A stretch of 64,000 nt of DNA from contig OZ037768.1 of the NCBI GenBank assembly GCA_964035545.1, positions 1,116,001 to 1,180,000 of the forward strand, written 5' to 3'. How positions within the stretch are numbered: the first letter of the stretch is position 1; the number at the start of each line of letters is the position of its first letter. The position numbers and the translations under genes are program-made. Shown here in pieces: positions 12,001-23,686 of the stretch. Origin of the DNA: Bugula neritina. Its lineage: Eukaryota > Animalia > Bryozoa. The notes below the pieces were generated by a model that was given only the letters and a program-made list of their open reading frames with translations, searched no databases and was not told the DNA's origin.

Positions 12001-15000
12001 TTCCACACAATAGACGACCGAGCCAGAGTACAACACATCAATGATGATCCCGAGTTCTTAGAGACAGTCGGTTTGAGAAACAACTGCCTCGTTGTGAAGC
12101 ACGTAGAAAGTGACGACATGGAGACGGCTGTGGAACCTCTACAGCCTGCAACTTCTCGTCAAACTAGTTGTCTGTTCAGCGTCACTCTACCTTCCGGAAC
12201 AGTTTGTGAGGTAAAAAGAGCAGACATAACGTCTCTTAGTCATGATGCTATCGTGAATGCTGCCAATGGAGATCTACAGCATGTTGGAGGCCTTGCTTAT
12301 GCCATTGTTCAGAAAGGTTTGCGTCTTCAATGCGTTTTTCAAAATTGTCAGTTTTGAGAGCTATTCTTGTTTGTTTTTCTTTCTTATTTGACTTGTGTAA
12401 TTTGTGTGTGTGCGTGCTGGTGTGCATATTATTCTTGACATACTGTATGTAGTTGTTTGATAATTGTCTCTATGTCTTTCAGGGGGATCTGGTATTCAAC
12501 AAGAATGTAATCATTACATTCGAAAAAATGGCAAACTGATGGAAGGAGAAGTTATGACCTCTTCACCTGGAAATCTCAGCTGCAAGAAGATTATTCACGC
12601 AGTTGGCCCAAGATGGGTGAATGGTGGAAGTCATGAGGAGATAACTCTCTTCAACTGTATTGATAATTGCTTCTTGGAGGCAGAGAAAGAGAAAATGCAA
12701 TCCATTGCTATTCCTCCCATCAGTACCGGTATATTTGGATTCCCGATGGGCAAGGCAGTGAAGGCCATAGTTAGAGCTATTGAGGAGAGAGAGAAGAACA
12801 ACCAATATCTGCCACAACTGATAAGTCTCGTAGACAATAAATCAGACAGTCTTCAACTTTTTGAAACTGAGCTCCGTCAGGTGTTTGACAAATCACCTCC
12901 ACGGAAAGCCGCGCCAATAAAACCGTCAAGTTCAGCCAAAGCTGGACCTTCTAACTCTAGTTCTAGTTCAGGTACAAAGACTATATATTATATACTAGTT
13001 CAGATTCAAAGACTATAATATATTATCTACTAGTTCAAATACAAAGACTATATATTGCATATTAGTTCAGATACAAAGACTATATATTGCATACTAGTTC
13101 AAATACAAATACTATATATCATATACTAGCTCAAATACAAAGACTATATATTACATATACCATATTATGTTTCTCTTTGTAGTAACTGGCAAATACACGA
13201 TTACTGATAAGACAATAAAACTAGCTTCTGGTATCAGTATTGAGTTAGTGTATGGTGACCTCGTGACATCACAGGTAGGTTATTCTGGAACATTCTCCTG
13301 TAAGGAATCTGGTTGTAGAGAAGTTACCAGGTAGTAGTAGTATGTTGTTACAGCTAACTTCTAGTCTCTGTTGTAATCTATTTTACATATCTAGTTTGTA
13401 GAAAAGACCAAAACTACACGTGATGCTCATATTAAACTAGGAGCAGATTGTCGGGATGTTTATTCATTTGCTTTCTTTATTCAGAATTGACTTGAATCCT
13501 CAACTCCACACTCTTTTGTAGGAGGACACTCTAGTGAACTCTGTGGGAAACGACATGAATCTGTCTAGTGGTAAGGTTGCTGTCGCTCTGTCCAAGAAGG
13601 CCGGGCCACAGCTGCAGGCAGCGTGCACAGCTCTGGCACCTATCGCATCAGGTGACGTAAAGGAGACAGATGGGTTCAACTTGGCCTGTAAGAAAGTGCT
13701 GCATTGCAACTGTCCACAGTGGCAAGGCCCTCAGACTATACCGGTGAGTGTGTCATGGTTTTGCTTTAACTTTAGCTCTAGTTGTTCTCAAAATCTATTA
13801 ATTTGAGATTCTACCTGATTTTTTCAACTGCATGATTTCAGATCTATAATTCAGGTGCTCATCTCAAACACAACATCATCACCTTTGTCAGTCATACCTG
13901 TAGTTCTATAATATAATATACTGTGCTGTTAATCATTTAACCGTGTTACCCACAACACAATAATTCCCTTCTATATATCCTGAACTCGCTATGCTTTCAT
14001 AAATAACTTGGAAAGGTTTATATATACATGTATATTTTATAAATAACTTGGAAAGGTTTATATATACATGTATATTTTATAAATAGCTTGGAAAGGTTTA
14101 TATACATGTGTATTTTATAAATAGCTTGGAAAGGTTTATATATACATGTATATTTTATAAATAGCTTGGAAAGGTTTATATATACATGTATATTTCATAA
14201 ATAACTTGGAAAGGTTTATATATACATGTATATTTTGTAGTTACTGAAGCAGATTATGATGAACTGTCTGAACAAAGCTGCTAGTAATGGCCACGTTTCT
14301 ATAGCATTTCCTGCTCTTGGTACGGGTAACCTGAACTACCCTCCCGCCATGTCAGCTCAGTACATGATTGAGGCTATTATGGAATACTCTCAAGAAAACC
14401 CTAAGAGTAGTATCACCCAGGTCAAGGTCATTGTCTATCACCTGGATATCAAGACTAAGAAGGTTCGGTTTCTAAGTTTCTGTCTTTCAATTTGAAGAAA
14501 ATATATTAAAAGACCCTTTTCAGAGGTTCCCGATATCTTCTTTACAATTGAGAGTTGTGTCTTCCCAAAGTGAATAGGTTGAACCTTTGTATATAGAGAA
14601 AACTCATTAAAGATTTAAAAACTTAAAGTTCTAATTATGCTTTCAAATTGTTCTTTCAGGAGGTAGATATTTGATATAAGCACACATATTAGCAGTTCAA
14701 AAAGAATTTAAAAAATGTTTCTTCCTGAAAAAGTTTGAAGCAAATAAACTTGAAAGCATTTTTGTGGTTTTGGTTACTAAGCTATGCTGGAGTGGCACTT
14801 CAGCATTGCTCAGCAACCAAAATGACAAAAATGAGTTTAAGTGTATTTTGTTCAACAATTTTCATTTTGGGAGAACACAACTCTTGATTGTACGGGGAGT
14901 ATTGGGGACCTCTGAAAAGGGTCTTTTTGTGTTGGAACACAATCTGGTTGCACTTTTTTCTCTGAAGAACAGAATAACAATTCTGATTGGTCACAAGAAA

Positions 15001-18000
15001 TTGAAAACAACAAGCTCAGCTAAACTCAAGTCTGTGTGATTTTGTCTGTAGGGTTTTGAAGATGAGATAACACGACTGACAAATACTAAACCGGGGAAAA
15101 TAAATCTACAGCCCAAGGCTATGCAATCTTTCTCTGGGGGCTACCAAGCCTCGAGCACCAAAGGTAGCATTCATTTTCCAGTATTCTTTTTACGGTGAAT
15201 TTTGGTTGTTTACTTAACTAGTCTGGTGGTGTGACTGTTGGTATCAGTAAAACTGTTAGAAGTATTCTGAGGAATTTTTGAAATCATATAAGATGTATCC
15301 GGTAAAAATGTAGCATTTTCACGTGACAGCATATTGTGTTATTCACTTTGATTGGTGGATCTCTGCAGGCATGTCATCAGGTCTACGTAAAGGAGCCCTC
15401 AAGGGGTGTGTGACTGTTCACAATACACAGGTTAGGATTGTTAGAGGAGACATCACTGATCATAGAGCTGAGGCTTTGGTTAATAGTACAGACGGACTGC
15501 TCAGTATAACAGGTACAAGTCTGTAGTATATCGAGTATTACTCTGTAGTATATAGAGTATGACTCTGTAGTATATAGAGTATGACTCTGTAGTATATAGA
15601 GTATGACTCTGTAGTATGTAGAGTATGACTCTGTAGTATGTAGAGTATGACTCTGTAGTATATAGAGTATGACTCTGTAGTATATAGAGTATGGCTCTGT
15701 AGTATATAGAGTATTACTCTGTAGTATATAGAGTATGACTCTGTAGTATATAGAGTATGACTCTGTAGTATATAGAGTATTACTCTGTAGTATGTAGAGT
15801 ATGACTCTGTAGTATGTAGAGTATGACTCTGTAGTATATAGAGTATGACTCTGTAGTATATAGAGTATGACTCTGTAGTATATAGAGTATTACTCTGTAG
15901 TATATAGAGTATGACTCTGTAGTATATCGAGTATGACTCTGTAGTATATAGAGTATGACTCTGTAGTATATAGAGTATGACTCTGTAGTATATAGAGTAT
16001 GACTCTGTAGTATATAGAGTATTACTCTGTAGTATATAGAGTATGACTCTGTAGTATATAGAGTATTACTCTGTAGTATATAGAGTATTACTCTGTAGTA
16101 TATAGAGTATGACTCTGTAGTATATAGAGTATGACTCTGTAGTATATAGAGTATGACTCTGTAGTATATAGAGTATGACTCTGTAGTATGTAGAGTATGA
16201 CTCTGTAGTATGTAGAGTATGACTCTGTAGTATATATATTTCAGGCCAGGTATCACAGGCTTTGATACGGAAAGCTGGAAATCCTGTAAGAAGAGAGGTA
16301 CAAGCCCTCTCAAACACACGTAAGTCTAGACTGAAGTCACAACTCTTTCCAGAGATAGTATCTTCTCTATACATGTGTTGATTTTCTGTTTGGGTTCACA
16401 GACTTTACTATACAAGTATAGGTTTGTTTTGATATGAGAGTACTCCGCAGTTCCAAAGGTCAAAGTTTTGTTCTCTTGTATTGGTAATTAAGAACAAGTT
16501 CTAGATATCTGTCTAGTCTGCGCTTGTGTATTGCGTCTGACCATTTCCTTTTTCTTAAAGTAGGTGGGGTGGGGTAGTTATAGCCCACAACTAGACACCA
16601 ACCGTTTAGGACTTACGCAGTAGCAGTGTTGTACCTGACATTTATTTCAGAAAATTTAGTTTTAGTCAATACTTTTGTCTCTCCTAAGATTGATGTGAAA
16701 GCTATGAACTGGTATTTTATAGCCTCAAAGGATGGGTTGTGGGTGAGTCAGGCTGGTAAGCTCACTGCCAAGTTCATCTTCCACATCAACGCTCACCTCA
16801 AAACTAACAACTCTTCGGATAGCTGGTCTAAAATCATACGCACCTGTCTAGCGGAATGTGACAGACGAGAGCTTCAGTCTATTGCCTTCCCTGCTCTCGG
16901 CACAGGTGAGTTACTTTAGTTCAGAAGGGGATGAGCTTGTGGTACATGTAGGTCAAGGTTTTATGAAGATTTGGATTGTAATGCACGGGATTAGGGATGG
17001 TTTTATCGTGTACAGCTCACTAGATATTCTACACACAGGCCCACTCTCTCACCTACTCCTTCAGGAGTTTATGTACAGTTTATGAATAACTGAAAATTAT
17101 ATTCATGGTTCTTCAAAGATTTCTTGTTGTAAACTTTTGCCTGAAATTGTCTTCCAACTCCATTATTGTTATTATTTGTTAGGTCCAATAGTAAAATTGA
17201 AACATTTGGTTTTACAATTTATTCAGATTGTAGCTGTGCCTTGTTAACAAGTTTTGTGGATGTTTAAGGAAATCTGGGTCTATCGCCCAAAGACATGGCC
17301 AAGATGATAGTCACCACCGTTGCGGAATATTTGAACTCAAATCCAAACAGTTTCCTCATCAATGTGGACCTCATTGTGTTTCATGACAGCATGGTAGATG
17401 ATTTCATCAGCTCCATGCGCAAAGCCACCGAGAAGAAGCAATCAATCTGGCAGCTTTTCTCCATCAAGCTGTCCAACTTCTTCTACGGCTCACAGCTGTC
17501 TGAGACTGGTGAGGGATTGTTACACCTGCTGGTGCTAATCTGACTAGACTATATAGTATATACTATGTGTTCCGTACTCTATACTATATACTCTATACCA
17601 TGTAGTCTATTCCCTATACTATATACTCTATATTGTATATTCTATACTCTATACTTTATATTCAATACTCTATATACTATATACTTTATATTCTATACTC
17701 TATATACTATATACTTTATATTCTATACTCTATATACTATATACTTTATATTCTATACTCTATATACTATATACTTTATATTCTATACTCTATACTCTAT
17801 ATACTTTATATTCAATACTCTATATACTATATACTTTATATTCTATACTCTATATACTATATACTTTATATTCTATACTCTATATACTATATACTTTATA
17901 TTCTATACTCTATATACTATATACTTTATATTCTATACTCTATATACTATATACTTTATATTCTATACTCTATATACTATATACTTTATATTCTATACTC

Positions 18001-21000
18001 TATATACTATATACTTTATATTCTATACTCTATATACTATATACTTTATATTCTATACTCTATATACTATATACTTTATATTCTATACTCTATATACTAT
18101 GTACTATAGAGTATGTACTATAGAGCATATACTATAGAGCAGGGATGGGCAAATGGCAGGCCACATCAGGCTCTCCTACTGTTATAATCAGGCCCTCAGC
18201 CAATCACTAGCAATTCTTGACTTCATTGGTTTCTTAATCATTCACAGAATGTGTGCACTATGCAACACTGGCCAATCATGAACATGACTCATGAGAAGAT
18301 TCTGGCCAATGTATAGTTACTGAAACGGTTTCATTCTAGTTTGATGCTAGTTTTATTTTGATACCATAATAATGTATATATAGCTGTTGTATTGATTGCT
18401 AAATGGTTAATATGCTAATAGCTATAATAGCTAATATAAAGTATCTGGAATAATAGCCCACTTTTCACAGATTTGTGTGGGGCAAAAATCAGTAATACAT
18501 TAATAATAGACATTGTTTGTAAGGAATACTTATCAGCGAAATCTTTTTTTCCAACAACTAGAAGTATAGATATGCAAAATTAATAAGTTAATACAGATCA
18601 AAGGAATTTATTTATGTGCTAAGTAGCAAACAACTGATCCAAGTTTATTTAAATATACATATATTTCAATAATATTCAAATAAATTGCACATAAAATATA
18701 TACTGTATCAAAATAAATAAATAGCGTCTAACTGAGGCGACACCACTGGTCAGTGAGTATAAGTATAGCAGCATTACATCTATAGTTACGGGATGTTGCT
18801 TCTACATTTCACCAGTTACACTAGCTAAATCCGGACTAAGAGTACTGAGCATATCTGGTTATGTTTATAAATGTGAATGCATGTTTTCTATCATAAAACA
18901 TATCAAAAAATAGTAATAGAACACGCTTAGCTAACCAATGAGTATCTGCAAGATTTACTTCGAGTAGTGCTATTATGGCTACTAAAAGTGTTTTTCATAC
19001 TTCTCACTAATTATAGTGGCCTGCTATAAGTGTCCCTAGCTGCATTCTTGCTCATTAGTGAACTCTATAAAACTTGTTTTTAAATTAATGAACTGTCATT
19101 TTTTTTATTCTGCATCCACATTCTGCAATTTATACTTTCAGCCTTGGAAACGAAAAAAAGCAATTTATGTTTGCATTTGGCAATGCAGCATTGTACCTTG
19201 TATTTACTACACACAAACCTGGCCCTTCTTACGCCTTAAATCTTGAGATCTGGCCCCTAAAACATTTGCCCATCCCTGCTATAGAGCATGACTACAATCT
19301 TATAATACATAATATTACTCAATGTTAGTGTTTAGTGTCTTTAAGCCAAGTTGTTAGCATGTCTTGTAATTAGCAGTAGATCATCTGTAGTTATCAAATA
19401 CCAGCTCCCTATGTATCTCACTTTCACTTCAACCAGTTTGGTTAGGCAGTTATCTTCTCTTGGAACATGGCTCCTGTTTCAATCTTTCATTCCGAATATG
19501 CGAGGAGATTTGATTCTATACATTTACATAACATGTCTATTAATTGTGGAGGCTGAACTTCTCTGGTGGTAATAGTTGTACAGTGTGCACTATCTCACTT
19601 TGCTAGGTATTCTTTTTCTTTATTCTAGAACCTACAGGTGGCGCTGTAGCAGGGGCCTCTGAAGTATTCATTGAAGAAGAAACATGTAAACTTGCCATAT
19701 ACGCTAACACGCCTCAAGATATTCAGAGGTGTAAACTGGACTTAGACACTAAACTGGACAAAGCTATGACTACTATTATTTGGAAGGATAGGACAACATA
19801 TGCTGCTGACAGAGAGTTTATAGTTCAGCTGACTCAGAACCAGGTACATGAGACTGTCTCACCCTCCATGATACATAACATAATTCTGAATATATACTTC
19901 AAGTGTTTAACACTAATCTTCTGTTGTACTAGATCCGTAGAATGAAGTCTGAGGCTGATAAGCTACATGTAAACCTGACTGTCGATCAGAGAAATGCAAA
20001 TATCAAAATCAATGGACGACAAGCAGATGCTTTTAAGATGACTGAAGTTGTCTCTGCACAACTCAAGAACATAGAGAAGGGCGTGTTTGAGAAGAAAGAG
20101 GAGGAGCTAGTGGCTTTGGCACGGCAGTGGGAGTATGAAGAGGATGAAGGAAAGTGGGCAAAGTTCGATCCGTCTATAAACAAGGTAGCTAGTAATTTAA
20201 TGTTCAATAGTATATATTTGGTTAGAAGCTTGAGTACAAAGTACAAGTATTATGCTATGATCAGTTTATTAGTGTAATAGTTGTGTGTCTATTAAACAGG
20301 CATTGGAAGACACATACCTAAAGAATGCCAATGCTATTTACTCATATGAGACGTCAGATGGTGCGGTAAAAGTTGATATTGGTGCAATGAAGTTACGATG
20401 TGGCGGCACAGAAATAAATGTCAGACGGTTGGATCTTAGCAAACCTCAAGGTAAATTGCTTTATTTTAGTGAACTATATCTGAATTACCATCTCTGCTAG
20501 CCTATAACTGATGCATGAATACACTTGAACTTAGCTGCATCGTCTGTATGTTGGGTTATACCCTTCAGTACTTCCTGTTCTGATTGCCCGGTGAGTTCTT
20601 CCTCCCCAATGTTGCCATGTATTTTGTTTATATATTACTTTTTATAACCAGTTTTGTTTCAACCTGAACCTGTTGTCTTCTCTGTGATGCACAGATGTAT
20701 CATAATCTAGCTTCACTTTGTCCTCCATATTCTGGTGTTGGCGGTTCTATCTTCTATCATTGCTAATCGTTTTAGCCTTGTTGCAGTAAGCCTAGGGCCA
20801 CACTGTGCGTATTTTCGCATGCGAAAATTGAAACTACAGGTAGCAAAGGTGTCCACTGTAGCATCAGTGATGAGGGATAAATAAAGCATTCATTTTTAAA
20901 TCGCACTCGCTTTTAATAAAACGCAATTTACTAGAATATAGCACTAAAATAAAAGAATTGGGCTCGTTAAATAACTACCAGCCAATTAGGTGACGACGAC

Positions 21001-23686
21001 AGAGACCATTCGCACTTGCGTTCAGAATGCTGAGCGACAAGTGCGAATGTTTTCTTAACACATACAGTGGACACCTTTGCTACTTGTGGTTTAAATGTTC
21101 GCATGCGAAAATATGCACAGTGTGGCCCTAGGCTAAGTCAAATTGCAGCATACTTATCTTGGCAGTTTACAAACTCTATTCTTGTCTTTTTAATTGTTCC
21201 TGTTTCCTGTTGACTATTTTATTGACCATGTTCCTTTAATTTCGTGCGCTACTCACCAACCAAACATAAAACTGCAATTTCCACATATGTATTCGACTAT
21301 TCATTGTTTTTGAAAGCTTACACCAACACACTTTATTAGCATTTTTTCTGCTTACATTTCTTTTTCTTTTGTGGAATAATGGGAATAGATAATTGTTTTG
21401 TGTTAGACTATCCATATTTTAAAATATATATTGTCTGAAGGGATATTGTCTGAAGGGATATTGTCTGAAGGGATATTGTCTGAAGGGATATTGTCTGAAG
21501 GGGTATTGTCTGAAGGGATATTGTCTGAAGGGATTATGTCTGAAGGGATATTGTCTGAAGGGATGTTGTCTGAAGGGATAATCACGGGCTTTCCATGTAC
21601 CGATCTCAGATCGATCTCGCTGAGATCGATCTGAGAAATGTGCTCAGATCGATCGTTTTTCCATGAGAGTGTCAGATCGATCTCGCGAAGTTGCCTCCTC
21701 TTAAGTGAAGGATACTTTAAAAGTATAATTTGTTCACCTATTTGAGTGATTAAAGCTACTACTGTTGAAAACAAGATGGTCTTAGTCTAAAATTTAATCC
21801 CAGCTATAAACTATACGCAGCAAAGCTTTCAGTGTATGGTAATTTGGCCAATTTAAAATAATTAATTTTAATTTTTTAGCTTGACAGCTTATATAAAATT
21901 AATGGCTGTCTTGCAGATTATTAATAAACTTACAGGACTGTTAGGCTTAAAATTACAAAGAAAATAGCTAATGAAACTAAGTTTTAATGGTCATTTAAAT
22001 TCAATTTAAATTCTCCCATTTTTTTTACCTTATACTGCATATAATTGAGTTTTCTTAATCATTGTACTGAAAGTCAAAGTTTTGGCATCTGAAAAAGTGG
22101 CTATCATAATTATTTAATACTTTGCTTAGTAATTATCAATAAGTTATCATTTTTATTAGCAGACAACATTGTAGCGCGCAGTCTTTTTCTACTTCTCAGA
22201 TCGATCTGGCGTCTTTCCATGGTCTTATTGACACGAGATCGATCTGAGTTCGAGCTCTACAGACCGACCAGCTCAGATCGATGGAGATCGATCTTTGGCG
22301 TCTTTCCATGGATCGATCTCAGTGAGATCGATCTGAGATCGGTCCATGGAAAGCCGGTGATTGCCTGAAGGGATGTTGTCTGTTGGCATGTTGTTTATAC
22401 TTGTATTTCCATCATTTTATTTTGTTTTACTCTAGTAGTTAAATGTTCAATGTATTGTTGTATTTCTTCAGCAACTGAACTCAGTCTGCCATCAACATGG
22501 ACTAAACCTTTAGATGTGTACCAAGAGGTGACTGTCGGAGCAGGTACCCCTGAGTATATGGCTGTAGAGACTGCCTTTATGTCTACTTTGGGAGCAGGTG
22601 GCAACAGCATTATAGAGGTAATCATGTTTTTTTTTAGACATATTCTGTCACAACTACTCCTTTATATTAACTGATAGAGATTCACAGATATTGTTCAATA
22701 GTTTAATTATTAGTATCTCTGTATTATTCAAAGCACGTAATCACTCCGGGTGGTGAGACATCATAACACTAAAGGCTGCTGTCTTGTTGTATAACGACTA
22801 GTCAACTTTCCTCTGTGCAGATAAAACGTGTCCAAAACCCAACACTCTATAAGCAGTATCTACTGCTGAGAAAGGAAGTGGCTAAGAGACTGGGAAGATC
22901 AGAAGATCAAGTAGAGACAACTCCTCTGTGGCATGGTACAGATGTGGACACAGTGTCCAAGATTACCGCTGGGAAGTTTGATCGTGGTTATATTGGGAAA
23001 AATGGTATTATATGTACTTTATTGTATAATAAAAGGACATTGCATAACCGTCTAGACTTAAAATTAGAATTAGTTTAATTTTAAGTGGCATTGCCTGTAG
23101 TTCAAATATGTAACTGTTCTTAGTGTGGTTTTATGTTCGTCAGTTTACAACTCTTGTACTCGACGACGCTTTTCAACTTCCAGGCTGGCCTTGCAAAGGG
23201 TCAAAATTCTAGTCTAGGTAGAATTATTTGGATTCACAAGGCAGTAGCTGCTGTGTTGATATACTGTCACAGCAACTGGTGACAACTTATTTTTGTTTCA
23301 TTGTCAAAATATTTTGTTGGTGAGAAAAAAGCCAACTATTGACGTGTAGGGAATACAAGTCAATAGTTTGTTCAATTCTAATTGTTTTCTAAATTTTGTC
23401 AGCTGCAGCATTTGGAAATGGAACATACTTTGCTAAGAAATCGAGTTACTCAGCACAGCCTCAATATTCTCGGCCTGATGCGAGAGGACACAGATATATC
23501 ATACAGACTAGAGTGATCACAGGGGACTGGACTCAGGGACAAAATGGTATGAAAGCTGCTCCTTACAAAAACAACTCCCCGACCGAGCAGTACGACTCTG
23601 TAGTTGACAATGTGCAGAGTCCAGCAATATTTGTTGTGTTCCACGATACAGCAGCCTACCCAGAATACATCATCAAGTTTATGTAA
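1..23686 (+). CDS. PARP14: PARP14-like mono-ADP-ribosyltransferase (repeated RRM-like N-terminal modules, KH-like region, 3 macrodomains, WWE, ART catalytic domain); 5' end lies outside the window
   Basis: Phase-consistent exon chain by eye: 4-108, 173-421, 563-631, 1680-1844, 2572-2655, 2899-3057, 3808-3924, 4138-4263, 4379-4501, 4760-4885, 5017-5139, 5456-5620, 5875-5958, 6081-6242, 6438-6578, 6683-6784, 7508-7711, 7932-8207, 8655-8795, 8959-9138, 9516-9773, 9923-10156, 10523-10799, 10890-12316, 12483-12971, 13183-13274, 13522-13743, 14241-14462, 15052-15163, 15369-15512, 16245-16319, 16723-16905, 17269-17508, 19629-19843, 19933-20184, 20300-20450, 22472-22617, 22821-23004, 23403-23686 (TAA). 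Macro motifs: ADIT..DAIVNAAN..GGLAYAI / IHAVGP / ISTGIFGFP; LVNSVG..FPALGTGN; GDIT..LVNST..FPALGTGN. WWE: QWEYEEDEGKWAKFD. ART: RVQNPTLY, LWHGT, FGNGTYFA, YDSVVDN..IFVVFHD..YPEYII. 3' half is secure; linkage of exons upstream of ~8 kb rests on phase continuity. Confidence 0.9.
199..421 (+). repeat. Exonic 54-bp tandem repeat (~4 copies) encoding an 18-aa T/S/Q-rich unit
   Basis: Unit ~GTTGTATACCAGACTACCACTACGTCTGCTCAGCCATCTTCAATGGCGACAGAA = VVYQTTTTSAQPSSMATE. Confidence 0.9.
620..1640 (+). repeat. Minisatellite (34/27-bp units) that includes the 5' splice site
   Basis: Unit ctatagagtacaGTAAGTgactttattctataga, roughly 28 copies, interrupted once at 764-839. Confidence 0.95.
1836..2535 (+). 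repeat. Minisatellite (~35-bp unit) that includes the 5' splice site
   Basis: Unit (t/c)atcaagGTATATgtagtgtatatactgtatgagt, roughly 19 copies. Confidence 0.95.
3058..3320 (+). repeat. Degenerate 17-bp minisatellite starting at donor site
   Basis: gtgtcacctgtcactct-like units immediately after exon 2899-3057. Confidence 0.85.
3472..3672 (+). repeat. (TCAC)n / (TCACTCAA)n microsatellite
   Basis: Direct inspection. Confidence 0.95.
5631..5796 (+). repeat. 20-bp minisatellite next to donor site
   Basis: ctgtcacatgtcactactag-like units, ~8 copies. Confidence 0.85.
6683..6784 (+). CDS. 102-nt phase 1-1 exon of the PARP14-like gene encoding a canonical eIF4E-binding-type motif (YGRDFLLKFR)
   Basis: tattag|GCTCACCG...CGTATAG|gtgaga; open frame (G)SPLEYGRDFLLKFREIRNDNLFAKKDFPNEIRI; phases match flanking exons 6438-6578 and 7508-7711. 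Confidence 0.7.
8224..8281 (+). repeat. (GTGA)n microsatellite just downstream of donor
   Basis: Perfect gtga run. Confidence 0.95.
12962..13160 (+). repeat. ~30-bp minisatellite copied from exon end plus donor
   Basis: ctagttca(g/a)(g/a)tacaaagactatatatt.... ~6 copies. Confidence 0.85.
13995..14240 (+). repeat. 40-bp minisatellite ending at acceptor
   Basis: ataaata(a/g)cttggaaaggtttatatatacatgtatatttt x~6, then gtag|exon 14241. Confidence 0.92.
15519..16236 (+). repeat. 21-bp minisatellite filling almost the entire intron 15513-16244
   Basis: ctctgtagtatatagagtatga, ~34 copies. Confidence 0.95.
17548..18139 (+). repeat. 30-bp AT-rich minisatellite
   Basis: tatatactatatactttatattctatactc, homogeneous core 17640-18100. 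Confidence 0.95.
18140..19278. mobile_element. Non-autonomous hAT DNA transposon (Buster/Charlie-like)
   Basis: Perfect 16-bp TIR CAGGGATGGGCAAATG...CATTTGCCCATCCCTG; perfect 8-bp TSD CTATAGAG (18132-18139, 19279-19286) with central TA; subterminal GGCC motifs; no transposase ORF. Confidence 0.9.
20790..21133. mobile_element. MITE, PIF/Harbinger (Tourist)-like
   Basis: ~70-bp imperfect TIR GCCTAGGGCCACACTGTGC...GCACAGTGTGGCCCTAGGC flanked by TAA on both sides (20787-20789, 21134-21136). Confidence 0.85.
21428..21580 (+). repeat. 15-bp minisatellite, split by the adjacent MITE
   Basis: ttgtctgaagggata x~10; array resumes at 22361-22382. Confidence 0.92.
21583..22359. mobile_element. Non-autonomous TIR element with CAC...GTG ends (CMC/EnSpm-like)
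   Basis: ~50-bp TIR CACGGGCTTTCCATGTACCGATCTCAGATCGATCTC... / ...GAGATCGATCTGAGATCGGTCCATGGAAAGCCGGTG; apparent 2-bp TSD AT; subterminal GATCGATC and TTTCCATG repeats; superfamily is inferred. Confidence 0.8.

Noticed and set aside
15780-16374. ORFs of 102-179 aa on the minus strand
   Set aside because: Stop-free translation of the 21-bp intronic minisatellite
17565-18137. 190-aa and 158-aa Y/I/F-rich ORFs
   Set aside because: Artefact of the 30-bp AT-rich array
21403-21774. SDNIP / LSEGI repeat ORFs
   Set aside because: 15-bp minisatellite plus MITE end inside a PARP14 intron
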